Shown: positions 16,894 to 25,233, counted from the stretch's first letter. The stretch: 32,000 nucleotides of DNA from Methylophaga frappieri (GCF_000260965.1 NC_017856.1:1050001-1082000), one strand, 5' to 3'. Program-made: numbers and translations. The notes: generated by a model from the sequence alone, not told the origin.

Positions 16894-17919
16894 TTATTTA
16901 TCACTTTCACCAAATACACCACCACGCACGAGCACACCCATGACGTAATGTTCGTCTTCCACACGTGCTAACTCTCCACCACGCGCCCAGCTATCAAAAA
17001 AGGTATAGAAGTCTTGTTTGTCAGCCGGCGTTCTGAAAGCTTTACCCAAGTTGGTGACCGCACCGTAGGGTTCAATGGCAATCGGTCCGGCAGAGGCTAC
17101 CGCATCATCGTGCTCAGGGTACCAAGTATCAATGGTGCGCATCGCATTACCGAGCTTTTGGGAATGCATCGCTGCCATGCCATCGACTGAATAGAGTATT
17201 TTGCTTTTGTTGCCTTTGCCTTTATCCAGAACCAGCTCTTCACTGGGGTAAACATCCTGCGCTTTGCCCACTTTGGCATAGCAGGTAATATCAAGCATCA
17301 AGAAATCATTATCGCTGCTCAGGGCAGACGCAATACGGTCAGCCAAAGATTCAACATCTGCAGTCGTAACCTCCATATCACGGGGGTTTAATTCCAGTGC
17401 GTCGAATTCCCAGCTCTGTTCAGCGCCTTTATTTAGTGCTTTGACTTGCACCAGAATGGCTTCTGCACCAAAGCGGTTACGCCATAGAAAACGAGCATTG
17501 GCGATGTTCAGTGCATAGCGCTTGGCAAGCTCTCTCATGCCTTGAGTTTCAAGGTAGCTGCTGACCGCCTGCTGATAACCTTCTTTAAAAGCGGCGTTAT
17601 TACAGGCCGATGGCTGCTTTAATCCACCCAGCACCTTGAGCGTGAAATGCAGTTTTAACGTGTCTTGTTCTGTGCCTAACGAACAGGCATCGACTGTTTG
17701 CAGATTCGGCTTCTCAACTTCATTATTAAGCGCCGCAGGATCCTTTTGTAAGGCAGGTTTTAGGCGGTTTGAAATTGTTCCGCGTACCGATTTTTCATTT
17801 AAAGAGAGCGGGGCTGCCTCGCTTTTATTGTCCCATTGGCAACCGTACATATAGCCATCAGAGGGAACCAGTTTTTTCTCAAACGCCAATACAGATGCGG
17901 TATTTTCTTTTTTAGCCAT
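16894..17919 (-). CDS. cas7f: Csy complex backbone subunit Cas7f (Csy3)
   Basis: It is 341 aa (Csy3 is about 340 aa) and occupies the third csy position. A strong RBS, AAGGAGA, lies 6 nt before the ATG. Confidence 0.88.
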   Translation of the reverse strand: MAKKENTASVLAFEKKLVPSDGYMYGCQWDNKSEAAPLSLNEKSVRGTISNRLKPALQKDPAALNNEVEKPNLQTVDACSLGTEQDTLKLHFTLKVLGGLKQPSACNNAAFKEGYQQAVSSYLETQGMRELAKRYALNIANARFLWRNRFGAEAILVQVKALNKGAEQSWEFDALELNPRDMEVTTADVESLADRIASALSSDNDFLMLDITCYAKVGKAQDVYPSEELVLDKGKGNKSKILYSVDGMAAMHSQKLGNAMRTIDTWYPEHDDAVASAGPIAIEPYGAVTNLGKAFRTPADKQDFYTFFDSWARGGELARVEDEHYVMGVLVRGGVFGESDK

Positions 17920-17939
17920 GGTATTTCTCCTTGAATAAA

Positions 17940-18881
17940 TTAGTAATCGCTGAGGGTGGTTTCAGATTCATGTGTTTGTTGAACACAGAGATAAAGGTTG
18001 TTTTCTGGCTCCACCAGGTAACGCCAGAGTAAGTCTTCGGGGGAAGCCAAACGGTAAGGCATCTTGAATTCACCCAGAGTCACTAAGCTTTCGGCAAAGC
18101 GATGCGGGGTATCCGGGTCACGTTGGTTTAGCGCATTGCCCAGATCGCTAATACCGTGAAAGCCGGTAGCAATGGGCACTATCCAACCCCTCTCACCATT
18201 CGGCCCGGTAGCTTTGCGTTGGCTTAGCCAGTGGACACGCTCCTCTCCGCCCTTCTCGTCTTTGCTGGAGGTGTGATGTATGGCTAGATAGTCAAGCATG
18301 GCATCCATGGCGTCCTGCCCCTGTTCCATGGCCTCCTGCATTAAATCTCTACGTTCGACGAGAGCATAACCCGGCATCAGTTTGCGCTTGGCCATGTCAA
18401 AATCCCTTACAATTTCAGGTGTACCGCAACTCAGAATATCGCCACCTGCCAGCTTTATATTGCCGAGCAGTAATTGATGTAATCGCTCCAACATTTGTGA
18501 TTCATCCTGGGCTTCAATGCAGTTGTATTCGATAACTAAACTCACCTCCAAATGACAGCGAGCTTCTTCGATAAAGGAAGGACGAACAGCATTACCTTTT
18601 GGCTTATCTTTTTCGGACTTGGGTTCCAGCGGGTTGCCCGTGCCAATAATAGAATGCACAAAATCGCCGGGGCCTTTATAGGTTTGCAAATCAAAGTGAT
18701 GCACCACGACACCAATGGCAGAAAACTCAACGGGGGAATCCTGCATATTCAATTTACGCTGCAATGCATGCACAGCCCCCAGCCAGGCGGTCATGGCCGG
18801 AAAGCCAATGGTGAAAGGGCTGGATAAGGCATTGGCGTTTTGCACCTTAATATGAGGCAGAAGAATCAGGTTCTCACTCAT
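17940..18881 (-). CDS. cas5f: Csy complex subunit Cas5f (Csy2)
   Basis: It is 313 aa and occupies the second csy position. Its ATG overlaps the csy1 stop (ATGA), and AAGGAGGTG lies upstream. Confidence 0.85.
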   Translation of the reverse strand: MSENLILLPHIKVQNANALSSPFTIGFPAMTAWLGAVHALQRKLNMQDSPVEFSAIGVVVHHFDLQTYKGPGDFVHSIIGTGNPLEPKSEKDKPKGNAVRPSFIEEARCHLEVSLVIEYNCIEAQDESQMLERLHQLLLGNIKLAGGDILSCGTPEIVRDFDMAKRKLMPGYALVERRDLMQEAMEQGQDAMDAMLDYLAIHHTSSKDEKGGEERVHWLSQRKATGPNGERGWIVPIATGFHGISDLGNALNQRDPDTPHRFAESLVTLGEFKMPYRLASPEDLLWRYLVEPENNLYLCVQQTHESETTLSDY

Positions 18882-20143
18882 CTCAACACCTCCTTGTTGT
18901 CTTCTATAAACTCTTTAATGTAATGGTGCTCGGCCTCACCCAGCATAACGGGATGCTTAATACTGTTTTTGTAGCTGCTGACAATCCATCGAGCAATCTG
19001 GTCACAGAGGGTGTTCAGCCAGTCATCCTCTTGCAGCCGTTGCTCTTTATGTTGTTCGCATAGCCAGAGTTTTTGCCATGCCCGTAACTTGCTGGTTTCT
19101 GGCCAATACTGTTGAGTTGAGACGTCTCTCAACGCCATCATTTTCTGCAGGATCACATCCAATATATCCCCAAGGCAGCGATCCCTGCCCTTGCGAATTT
19201 TCTCTAATGGAATTTGGCCGTCACGCTCGATTTTGAAGACCTTATCGAGCCGCTCCAGAATGTCTTTGCAGTCGTAATAGCGCAGGCTTTGGATAAAGAA
19301 ATCTCTGGCGGGGAATCTGACATCTCGCTGTTCCAACAGCGGCGGTACAGATAAAAGCAGGTGGGCTTTGCCGCCGTTCTGGTTATTCAGAACACTGACA
19401 TTCTGGGGTTTAGTACCGCCATAACCGATAGTGGTTATATCGTAGATTTCGCTATAGCCCGACTCGGAATAGGTATTATTGCGCCGTAGCTCCCGTCCTT
19501 CCTTAACAGCATCCGAAAACCGTAACGCATCAATGCGCCTACGCAGTTCGAAAATCATGCCTGAGTTGCTGAGTATGGATAGCTGGTGGTAATCCTTATC
19601 TGCTGGAAAATACACCTGCTTTATTTTTGAACTGGTCACAGGCGTATCGTCCGACCGAGCCATGGCCATAAATCCAGACTTTAGATTGGCATAGCTCTCG
19701 GATGGGGTATTTAACAATGTTTTACCCAACTCCGAGTCTTGCTCTATATGCTCTATGACTGTACTGCCATCTTCTGTTACCAGTGAAAGAAACTTATGTA
19801 CATCCAAAGCAGCGGCGTTACCTAACGCATCTGCTTGAACATCGACATTTCCTGTACGCAAATAGCCATCAGGTTCCCTTGATGATTTTGCTATAACGGA
19901 CGTGGCATAGCCGTTTTTGTTCTTTCGTGAGCTGGGATGGCTGAAAGTACAAGGGTGAGTTGATATAGATATTTGACCTGCACGTTTAGCCGCATTCGGG
20001 AGCCATTTTTCAAGAGAGAACTCCTCTTCGCACTCCAGTTCTATCTCCCTTTTTTTCTCATTGGTCATATCTGGCTTAAGTTTCTTTTTGAGCCAACCTT
20101 CTTTGCGTTCAGCAAAAAAAGCATCAATCGCCGGGTCAAGCAT
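18878..20143 (-). CDS. cas8f: Csy complex large subunit Cas8f (Csy1)
   Basis: It is about 421 aa and is the first csy gene after cas2-3. I prefer the ATG at 20143, which is preceded by AGGAGA 6 nt upstream, over the GTG at 20149. It overlaps the cas2-3 stop by 8 nt. Confidence 0.85.
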   Translation of the reverse strand: MLDPAIDAFFAERKEGWLKKKLKPDMTNEKKREIELECEEEFSLEKWLPNAAKRAGQISISTHPCTFSHPSSRKNKNGYATSVIAKSSREPDGYLRTGNVDVQADALGNAAALDVHKFLSLVTEDGSTVIEHIEQDSELGKTLLNTPSESYANLKSGFMAMARSDDTPVTSSKIKQVYFPADKDYHQLSILSNSGMIFELRRRIDALRFSDAVKEGRELRRNNTYSESGYSEIYDITTIGYGGTKPQNVSVLNNQNGGKAHLLLSVPPLLEQRDVRFPARDFFIQSLRYYDCKDILERLDKVFKIERDGQIPLEKIRKGRDRCLGDILDVILQKMMALRDVSTQQYWPETSKLRAWQKLWLCEQHKEQRLQEDDWLNTLCDQIARWIVSSYKNSIKHPVMLGEAEHHYIKEFIEDNKEVLR

Positions 20144-23100
20144 GGTCACTCTCCTGTTCGTATAAACCTAACTGGTCGTTGTATTCATATGCCTTTCTGG
20201 TGCTTTCTGAGTAAACATCCAGGCTGATTTCGCCGTAGCGTGTTGCAACCTGATCCAAAGGTTCTTCGCGCATTTCGCTTTGTATTCGCAATAGCTGGAG
20301 GTAATCGCGCTGGAGCCAAAGCCGTGCTGTCTGCACCTTTGTTAACTCTGTGGTGGTGATTTGATAGACAATGTCATGACGAGCAAACTCACCAGTGTTG
20401 AGGCGGCTAAATTCACCTTTGGCATCGCGCTCGGTAAACCAGGCGTCACCGCCGCCATTTGTAACACGGTAAAGCTGAACGCTTTTTGTACTTTGTCGAA
20501 AACGCTTAAGAACTTGCGGTAATGCGGTGAGATACCAGTACCACTGAATATAGCCTTGCAGGGTTTCCGGCCCTTTACCCTCGTAATCGGTCAGTTGGCT
20601 CTCTATGACCGCATGTTCCAACAAGGCCATGGGGGTTTTACTGTTTTTTTGCCTTTCCTGGATTCTTGGTGTGGCATCTAGTCGAGTGCCGATCAGCTTC
20701 TCATCCACGGCTGTGAAAATATCATGGCTCTCCATGGCACCATGTCTTTTTGTTCCATCTGCTTTTAGTTTTGGTAAATTACCATCCACTTCATAACCTG
20801 GCTTACAAAAGCGCGGTTCTCTTGGTTTATCTCCGTATTTAAGCGTTCGCCAATTATATTGAAGGATACCGATATTGGGATGTTCTACCTCACCATCGCG
20901 GTGCCGTTTGACCCGCCCTGCTAACTGAATAATGGAGCGATAGGAGGAGGGTTCGATCACAGCCCAGTCGAAATCGTGGTCACGCCCTACTTCCTCAACA
21001 GGTGTGGCAACCAGAATAAATAACAGATTTTTTACTTGGGGCTGCTCATTGGCAATGCCGTCCAGATGACTTCGAACCTGCTCATTGTTAAAGGCCTGGG
21101 GTTGTTCGCCCGGTTGTTCTTTGCGCTTTAATACGCCATCAAGATGCTTTTCCTGTTCGTGACGTAGTAACAATACCTGCCTGCTGTGATACGCCATGAC
21201 TCGCACTTCAGTATCTTCAGGCCAGTTATATTCCAACAAAAAACGGGTAAGTTGCACGCAGGGTTGGATATTGGCAATCCGCACCACCCCAAAAGAAACC
21301 TTTAAGCCGGTTTTTACATCCACACTGTGGTGGTGTGCGTGCCTTTCCAGGGTCTCGGGCGCTATACGATTAAACCAGGCCTCTTTTTTACGGGTGGTAT
21401 CCGACTCAGCATTGCTTTGCATGGCTTGCGAGCAATCCACCACAATGGCTTTGCGCTTCGCCGCTTGTTTGCCTAACGCTTGTACTCGCTTTTCAATATA
21501 TCCGTCATGGATGTGACGATAATCCTCAGCAGCCTGGTCTTGGTTACCGATCTCTTCAACCTGTGTTGAAAACTCATCTATCCAGGCACAGCCCACCACC
21601 GGACTGGCGTTACGGGTTTTACAATAGAGCAGCCAGCCTTGCTGGTAAGCATGGAAATAGCCTTCTGCCATTGCCGGGGGAATAGTCGCCGAGGAAATCA
21701 TCACCTTACGCCCCAGCATTCCCGCCAGATGGATCAGACGACCAATGGCAATTAAGTCACTGCCGGTGAAGTCATCAACTTCATCGATTACTAAATCCGA
21801 AGACAACAAGCGCAATGCGGGCAAAATGTAGCGTCCGCCCCGTATGGTTTCCGTTGCGGCAATGATGTGGTCGATAGTGCAAGCCAAAACCGGCGCGTAA
21901 AGTAACTGCCTGTCTTTACTGCTCTGTAAAACCGTGGTTAAGCCTTCTTCGGGCAGCTCACCTTGATAAACAACTTCGTCAGAATTAGCTAACAGGGTTT
22001 CGACGGATTCTGATCCATATTTTTCCTGCTCTTGTACTTGTTCCTGTTTGTTTTGATTGTGCAAATCCGCAATCGCTTTAGAGCCAATCAATACTGCCAG
22101 ATCGCTTCCATCACTGTTCTTGAATATACGCTCACGGTATTCATCGCCAGTTTGTAAAGTAAGATTGCGAAGCCCCAGCGCGAGGGTATAGCGCAAGCTG
22201 TCGCCGTCATCGGAAAGCGCCATCATAACTTTGGCATTAGCAAAGGTTTTGCCACAGCCCGTGCTGGCCATATTTACGGCAAAAAAACCTTTGCGTGTGT
22301 CACCACATGCTTTACGCCAGTCGCGCACTTTTTTGGCAGCTGTATTTTGCCAAGCGTAGGAGGTTGGGCTTTTACGTTTTAATTCTGCCGTATTAAAGCT
22401 AGGCTCCAGGCCATTTTCGATAAGCTGTAACTTCCCGACAATTTTTTTGGCACTCTCGTAAACGCCCACCAAGTGCTGATCCAAAGCCTGCTTGGGCGAT
22501 TTGTCTTTTTGGGTATTGGCAATCAAGCCGGTGGTATTAGGCCAATTAGGCGTCTGGCCAATTTCAAGGGATGAAAAATAGTGGTCGCCTAACATCAAAG
22601 ACAAGCGAGCATGGTGGAGTAGTACGCGATAGCTACCATTCTCTACGGCCTGAGAAATAGTATCTTGTGACTCCAGCAATTTGCCCGACCAGCGCTTGAT
22701 TTGCGACAGCCATTTGCTGGAATTAGATAACAGCCCAGCAGGGAATTCTAAGCAGGACGCGAGATCATCTACACCACTATTCTCATAGCCCCAGCTTTTA
22801 TCGATCATGTCAAACATGCCTTCAAGACTCGTACACGGACTGCCTTTAGGTGCTTTTTTATCATCCAGAAAAGGAAGTCGATGATGAGTAACGATCAACC
22901 AAGCCACTAATTTAGCGACACTCGGCAAATCGGCTAATGGTCTTTCACAACTTTCACGCAGAGATGCCTTGAGGATATCCTCATCAATCTTTCCGTCTTT
23001 TAATGTTACTAACCATTCCTCGTCCTTATTGGGGTTGTTTGTGTTGGCAATAAGTGCCTTGAGCAATAAGCACGACACCCATTCGTGACGTAGCCTGTCT

Positions 23101-23534
23101 GCGCCTTTACCTTTATAATGTTTTCCAAGTTTTTGCTGGAAACGAGCACTGGCTTTACCCCAGTCGTGAAGTAATGCGGCGAAACAAGTCAATGATCTAA
23201 TAACGGGAAGGAACTGCCAGTCTTGTATATCGTCCCGGTAAAGCTGATTGGTCGATGTACTATTCACCGGTACAATGCCTCTCTGATTAAATTTGTTTTT
23301 ATTTCCCACCACCCAAACCAACTCCGACCTTGAGCGGCTCCGTATCCAGTGGCAACTCACGGCGGTATTTTTACTGGCAGTTTTTCGCAGTAGTTTTTTA
23401 ACGGCCAACAAACCTTCCTGAGTAATCACTGTCTGCCAAGTGTTATCCCCAATACGATCGGCAAAAGCATCCAGCACTCGCCTAGTTCGGGCATGTGCTT
23501 TTTTCTCGCATTGGGAAACGAAGGTGACCATCAT
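20136..23534 (-). CDS. cas2-3: Cas2-Cas3 fusion nuclease/helicase (type I-F signature protein)
   Basis: The N-terminal Cas2 part MMVTFVSQCEKKAHARTRRVLDAFADR..TWQT.IT parallels PA14 Cas2/3 (LVSQCEKRALSETRRILDQFAER). It carries an HD motif (ALLHDWGKAS), helicase Walker A (ASTGCGKT) and a DExD box (VIDEVDD). The length is about 1132 aa. I prefer the ATG at 23534 (AGGGA 10 nt upstream) over the GTG at 23543. Confidence 0.95.
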   Translation of the reverse strand: MMVTFVSQCEKKAHARTRRVLDAFADRIGDNTWQTVITQEGLLAVKKLLRKTASKNTAVSCHWIRSRSRSELVWVVGNKNKFNQRGIVPVNSTSTNQLYRDDIQDWQFLPVIRSLTCFAALLHDWGKASARFQQKLGKHYKGKGADRLRHEWVSCLLLKALIANTNNPNKDEEWLVTLKDGKIDEDILKASLRESCERPLADLPSVAKLVAWLIVTHHRLPFLDDKKAPKGSPCTSLEGMFDMIDKSWGYENSGVDDLASCLEFPAGLLSNSSKWLSQIKRWSGKLLESQDTISQAVENGSYRVLLHHARLSLMLGDHYFSSLEIGQTPNWPNTTGLIANTQKDKSPKQALDQHLVGVYESAKKIVGKLQLIENGLEPSFNTAELKRKSPTSYAWQNTAAKKVRDWRKACGDTRKGFFAVNMASTGCGKTFANAKVMMALSDDGDSLRYTLALGLRNLTLQTGDEYRERIFKNSDGSDLAVLIGSKAIADLHNQNKQEQVQEQEKYGSESVETLLANSDEVVYQGELPEEGLTTVLQSSKDRQLLYAPVLACTIDHIIAATETIRGGRYILPALRLLSSDLVIDEVDDFTGSDLIAIGRLIHLAGMLGRKVMISSATIPPAMAEGYFHAYQQGWLLYCKTRNASPVVGCAWIDEFSTQVEEIGNQDQAAEDYRHIHDGYIEKRVQALGKQAAKRKAIVVDCSQAMQSNAESDTTRKKEAWFNRIAPETLERHAHHHSVDVKTGLKVSFGVVRIANIQPCVQLTRFLLEYNWPEDTEVRVMAYHSRQVLLLRHEQEKHLDGVLKRKEQPGEQPQAFNNEQVRSHLDGIANEQPQVKNLLFILVATPVEEVGRDHDFDWAVIEPSSYRSIIQLAGRVKRHRDGEVEHPNIGILQYNWRTLKYGDKPREPRFCKPGYEVDGNLPKLKADGTKRHGAMESHDIFTAVDEKLIGTRLDATPRIQERQKNSKTPMALLEHAVIESQLTDYEGKGPETLQGYIQWYWYLTALPQVLKRFRQSTKSVQLYRVTNGGGDAWFTERDAKGEFSRLNTGEFARHDIVYQITTTELTKVQTARLWLQRDYLQLLRIQSEMREEPLDQVATRYGEISLDVYSESTRKAYEYNDQLGLYEQESDHA

Positions 23535-23730
23535 TGTAGGCACATCCCTATGTTTTTAAGTTAGAATCGGGCTGTTGTCGCGCCAACGATTCAACAGCCG
23601 TCATCTTCATGACTACAGCAACTTACAATGTTCTGCATCCAAAGGCTCAGCGAGTGGCACCGACTTACGAGTGCGGTGCTTCTGCTTTACTCTTGAAAAG
23701 CAGCTTACTCTAGTTTTCATTACACAACAA

Positions 23731-23749
23731 CCTATAAAAAGTTTGTTTA
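23731..23749 (+). promoter_or_regulatory. Candidate Csy-complex operator: CC PAM plus a 17-nt partial protospacer matching the adjacent mini-array pseudo-spacer
   Basis: CC (23731-23732) is followed by TATAAAAAGTTTGTTTA (23733-23749). This equals pseudo-spacer positions 1-17 (TATAAGAAGTTTGTTTA) except at position 6. It overlaps a possible plus-strand -35 element (TTGTTT, 23743-23748), which is followed after 18 nt by TATTGT (23767-23772). Confidence 0.5.
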
Positions 23750-23774
23750 ATAAATATTAATTCTGTTATTGTAT

Positions 23775-23850
23775 GAATACTGCCGCACAGGCAGCTTAGA
23801 AATATAAGAAGTTTGTTTATATATTCACTGCCGCACAGGCAGAGCCTCTA
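23775..23850 (+). CRISPR. Mini-CRISPR / crRNA-like gene: two degenerate I-F repeats flanking a 20-nt pseudo-spacer, antisense to the cas operon
   Basis: Unit A at 23775-23802 is gaatACTGCCGCACAGGCAGCTTAGAAA (25/28 to the array repeat). Unit B at 23823-23850 is aTTCACTGCCGCACAGGCAGagcctcta (19/20 over the first 20 nt, with the last 8 nt unrelated). The pseudo-spacer at 23803-23822 is TATAAGAAGTTTGTTTATAT. The orientation is opposite to the main array. Confidence 0.7.
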
Positions 23851-24826
23851 TGGAGGGACAAGGAACGCCCCTCTTTTCCCAATCATCTTTCAATGCCACA
23901 CTTTTGACCTGTTCAAACATAAATTCCAAGGCGTTATGATCGGTAAAGGCTTGTAAACATTGCTGACGAAACTCTTGTTCTGTGCTTTTTTCTTTCGCAC
24001 AGATAAATGCCCAAGGCAAAATCAATGCATCTTTCACCAAATCAGCAATATCAAATACCAACGCGCCACGCCGGGTTTTACCATGCATAACAGCAAAGCC
24101 GTGTGGAATGCCCAACACCCATAGCGTTGTTGCAGCCAAGCCATAGGCCAGGTAATTACCATGATTGAGAAATATATTAGCCAGATCTGCGGCTTCGCGT
24201 TCACGGGTAAAATCACTGTAGCCAGTTATGCGAACAGCAAATTTATAGAGTTGCTTTGTCAGCTCCGCTTCGGCCTGTAAAAGTTTCCCAACATTATTCG
24301 CGATATTGATTTTCTTTAAGCTGTTTTCGAGTGCAGTTTGTAATGTGGGATCGGTAATACTGAAACCTTCCGTTTTCAAATCTCGATCTTTTTTCCATGC
24401 CTGCTGTAGAAATTTAATCCTTTGCTGTTGAAACGCCCTTGCTGCTTCAAGGCGTTTTTCTTCTTCAAACCAGAATTGCATCCATCCTTGGATGTACTCT
24501 GTTGGTCGGTATTCACTTTGAGGAGAAAGCCACTCAATTTCATTTGCCATCAACAATGGCGTGCCCCCACCACCACAAAAACCGACCAACACGCCCGCCG
24601 ATGCCAGCATTCTCATTGCTGCCTGAGTAATTGAAGTGCCCGTACCTAGTAGCAAACACGTTGTATTGGCGATGGGAATATTCCAATACTGATTTTGATT
24701 TTTCTCTTCGGTGAGATAAAGCACTCGACCATCTTTTTGCATGATCCGGCATTTTTCCAAATAATAAATATTGGCTCGTTTGGAGTGTAAAATCGCTTTT
24801 AAATCGGTTAATGCTTCCATCATCAT
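23825..24826 (-). CDS. cas1: CRISPR integrase Cas1 (type I-F)
   Basis: LKAILHSKRANIYYLEKCRI parallels the I-F Cas1 N-terminus (LKTILHSKRANLYYLQHCRV). It is about 333 aa and lies directly upstream of cas2-3. The start is ambiguous: three consecutive ATGs at 24826/24823/24820, and a TTG at 24844 in the ORF track. The last five codons (LPVRQ) and the stop are encoded by mini-array unit B. Confidence 0.92.
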   Translation of the reverse strand: MMMEALTDLKAILHSKRANIYYLEKCRIMQKDGRVLYLTEEKNQNQYWNIPIANTTCLLLGTGTSITQAAMRMLASAGVLVGFCGGGGTPLLMANEIEWLSPQSEYRPTEYIQGWMQFWFEEEKRLEAARAFQQQRIKFLQQAWKKDRDLKTEGFSITDPTLQTALENSLKKINIANNVGKLLQAEAELTKQLYKFAVRITGYSDFTREREAADLANIFLNHGNYLAYGLAATTLWVLGIPHGFAVMHGKTRRGALVFDIADLVKDALILPWAFICAKEKSTEQEFRQQCLQAFTDHNALEFMFEQVKSVALKDDWEKRGVPCPSIEALPVRQ

Positions 24827-24859
24827 TCCAATATAGATATGCAAAACATCTCTATTCGC

Positions 24860-25178
24860 TTATTGTGTTATTAGGTAAAACTGCTTCATATATGAACTGC
24901 CACAGTCACGCGGCAGGCAACCCAGCTTGGTTTCATTTCGGTAAACAGCAACGGCGCGTTTTTCATAGGGGTTATCGGCTTCGCGTTGTAGACGGAGCAG
25001 TTGACCTTGTTTCAATTCTGACCATGCCGCTTCGCCTTGATAATATTGAAAGCCTGCGATGGGTGAGTGTTGGAGCAACAGGCTTTTTTTCCTTTTTGCT
25101 TTCTTCTGCTCTGACAAATGCTGGAACAGTCACCAGTGCTATCAAGCTCTTGATTAAGTTTCTTCTCTCCATTGTCAT
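24860..25178 (-). pseudogene. Tat-signal / HIRAN-domain protein gene interrupted by a 1-nt frameshift in an A7 run
   Basis: Frame A starts at the ATG at 25178 (or 25172) and reads MTMERRNLIKSLIALVTVPAFVRAEESKKEKK. This has a twin-arginine motif (RRNLIK), a hydrophobic core and a VRA cleavage site. The next frame has no ATG or RBS but reads SLLLQHSPIAGFQYYQGEAAWSELKQGQLLRLQREADNPYEKRAVAVYRNETKLGCLPRD, a HIRAN-domain core. The two frames join if one A is removed from AAAAAAA (plus-strand T7 at 25084-25090). Confidence 0.55.
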
Positions 25179-25233
25179 GATTCCTAGGGTCGGGAAATTC
25201 ATCCTGCACGACTTAAGTCCCAAAACCTGATAC

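Noticed and set aside
23575-23760. A 61-aa plus-strand ORF in the cas1/cas2-3 intergenic region.
   Set aside because: It has a TTG start and no Shine-Dalgarno sequence. Its composition looks non-coding, and it runs across the hairpins and the candidate operator. I treat the region as non-coding or regulatory instead.
25084-25092. An in-frame A_AAA_AAG heptamer (minus strand), the classic -1 programmed-frameshift slippery site, at the junction of the Tat-signal and HIRAN frames.
   Set aside because: A -1 slip leads into the third frame (KKACCSNTHPSQ..., stopping after about 25 codons), not into the HIRAN frame. Reaching the HIRAN frame needs +1 or loss of one A. An indel or homopolymer error is therefore more parsimonious than -1 PRF.
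24811-25230. A 139-aa plus-strand ORF, and the 116-aa and 65-aa minus-strand ORFs over the same region.
   Set aside because: The plus-strand ORF is antisense to the HIRAN remnant and has no RBS or recognisable domain. The minus-strand ORFs are the out-of-frame continuations created by the frameshift.
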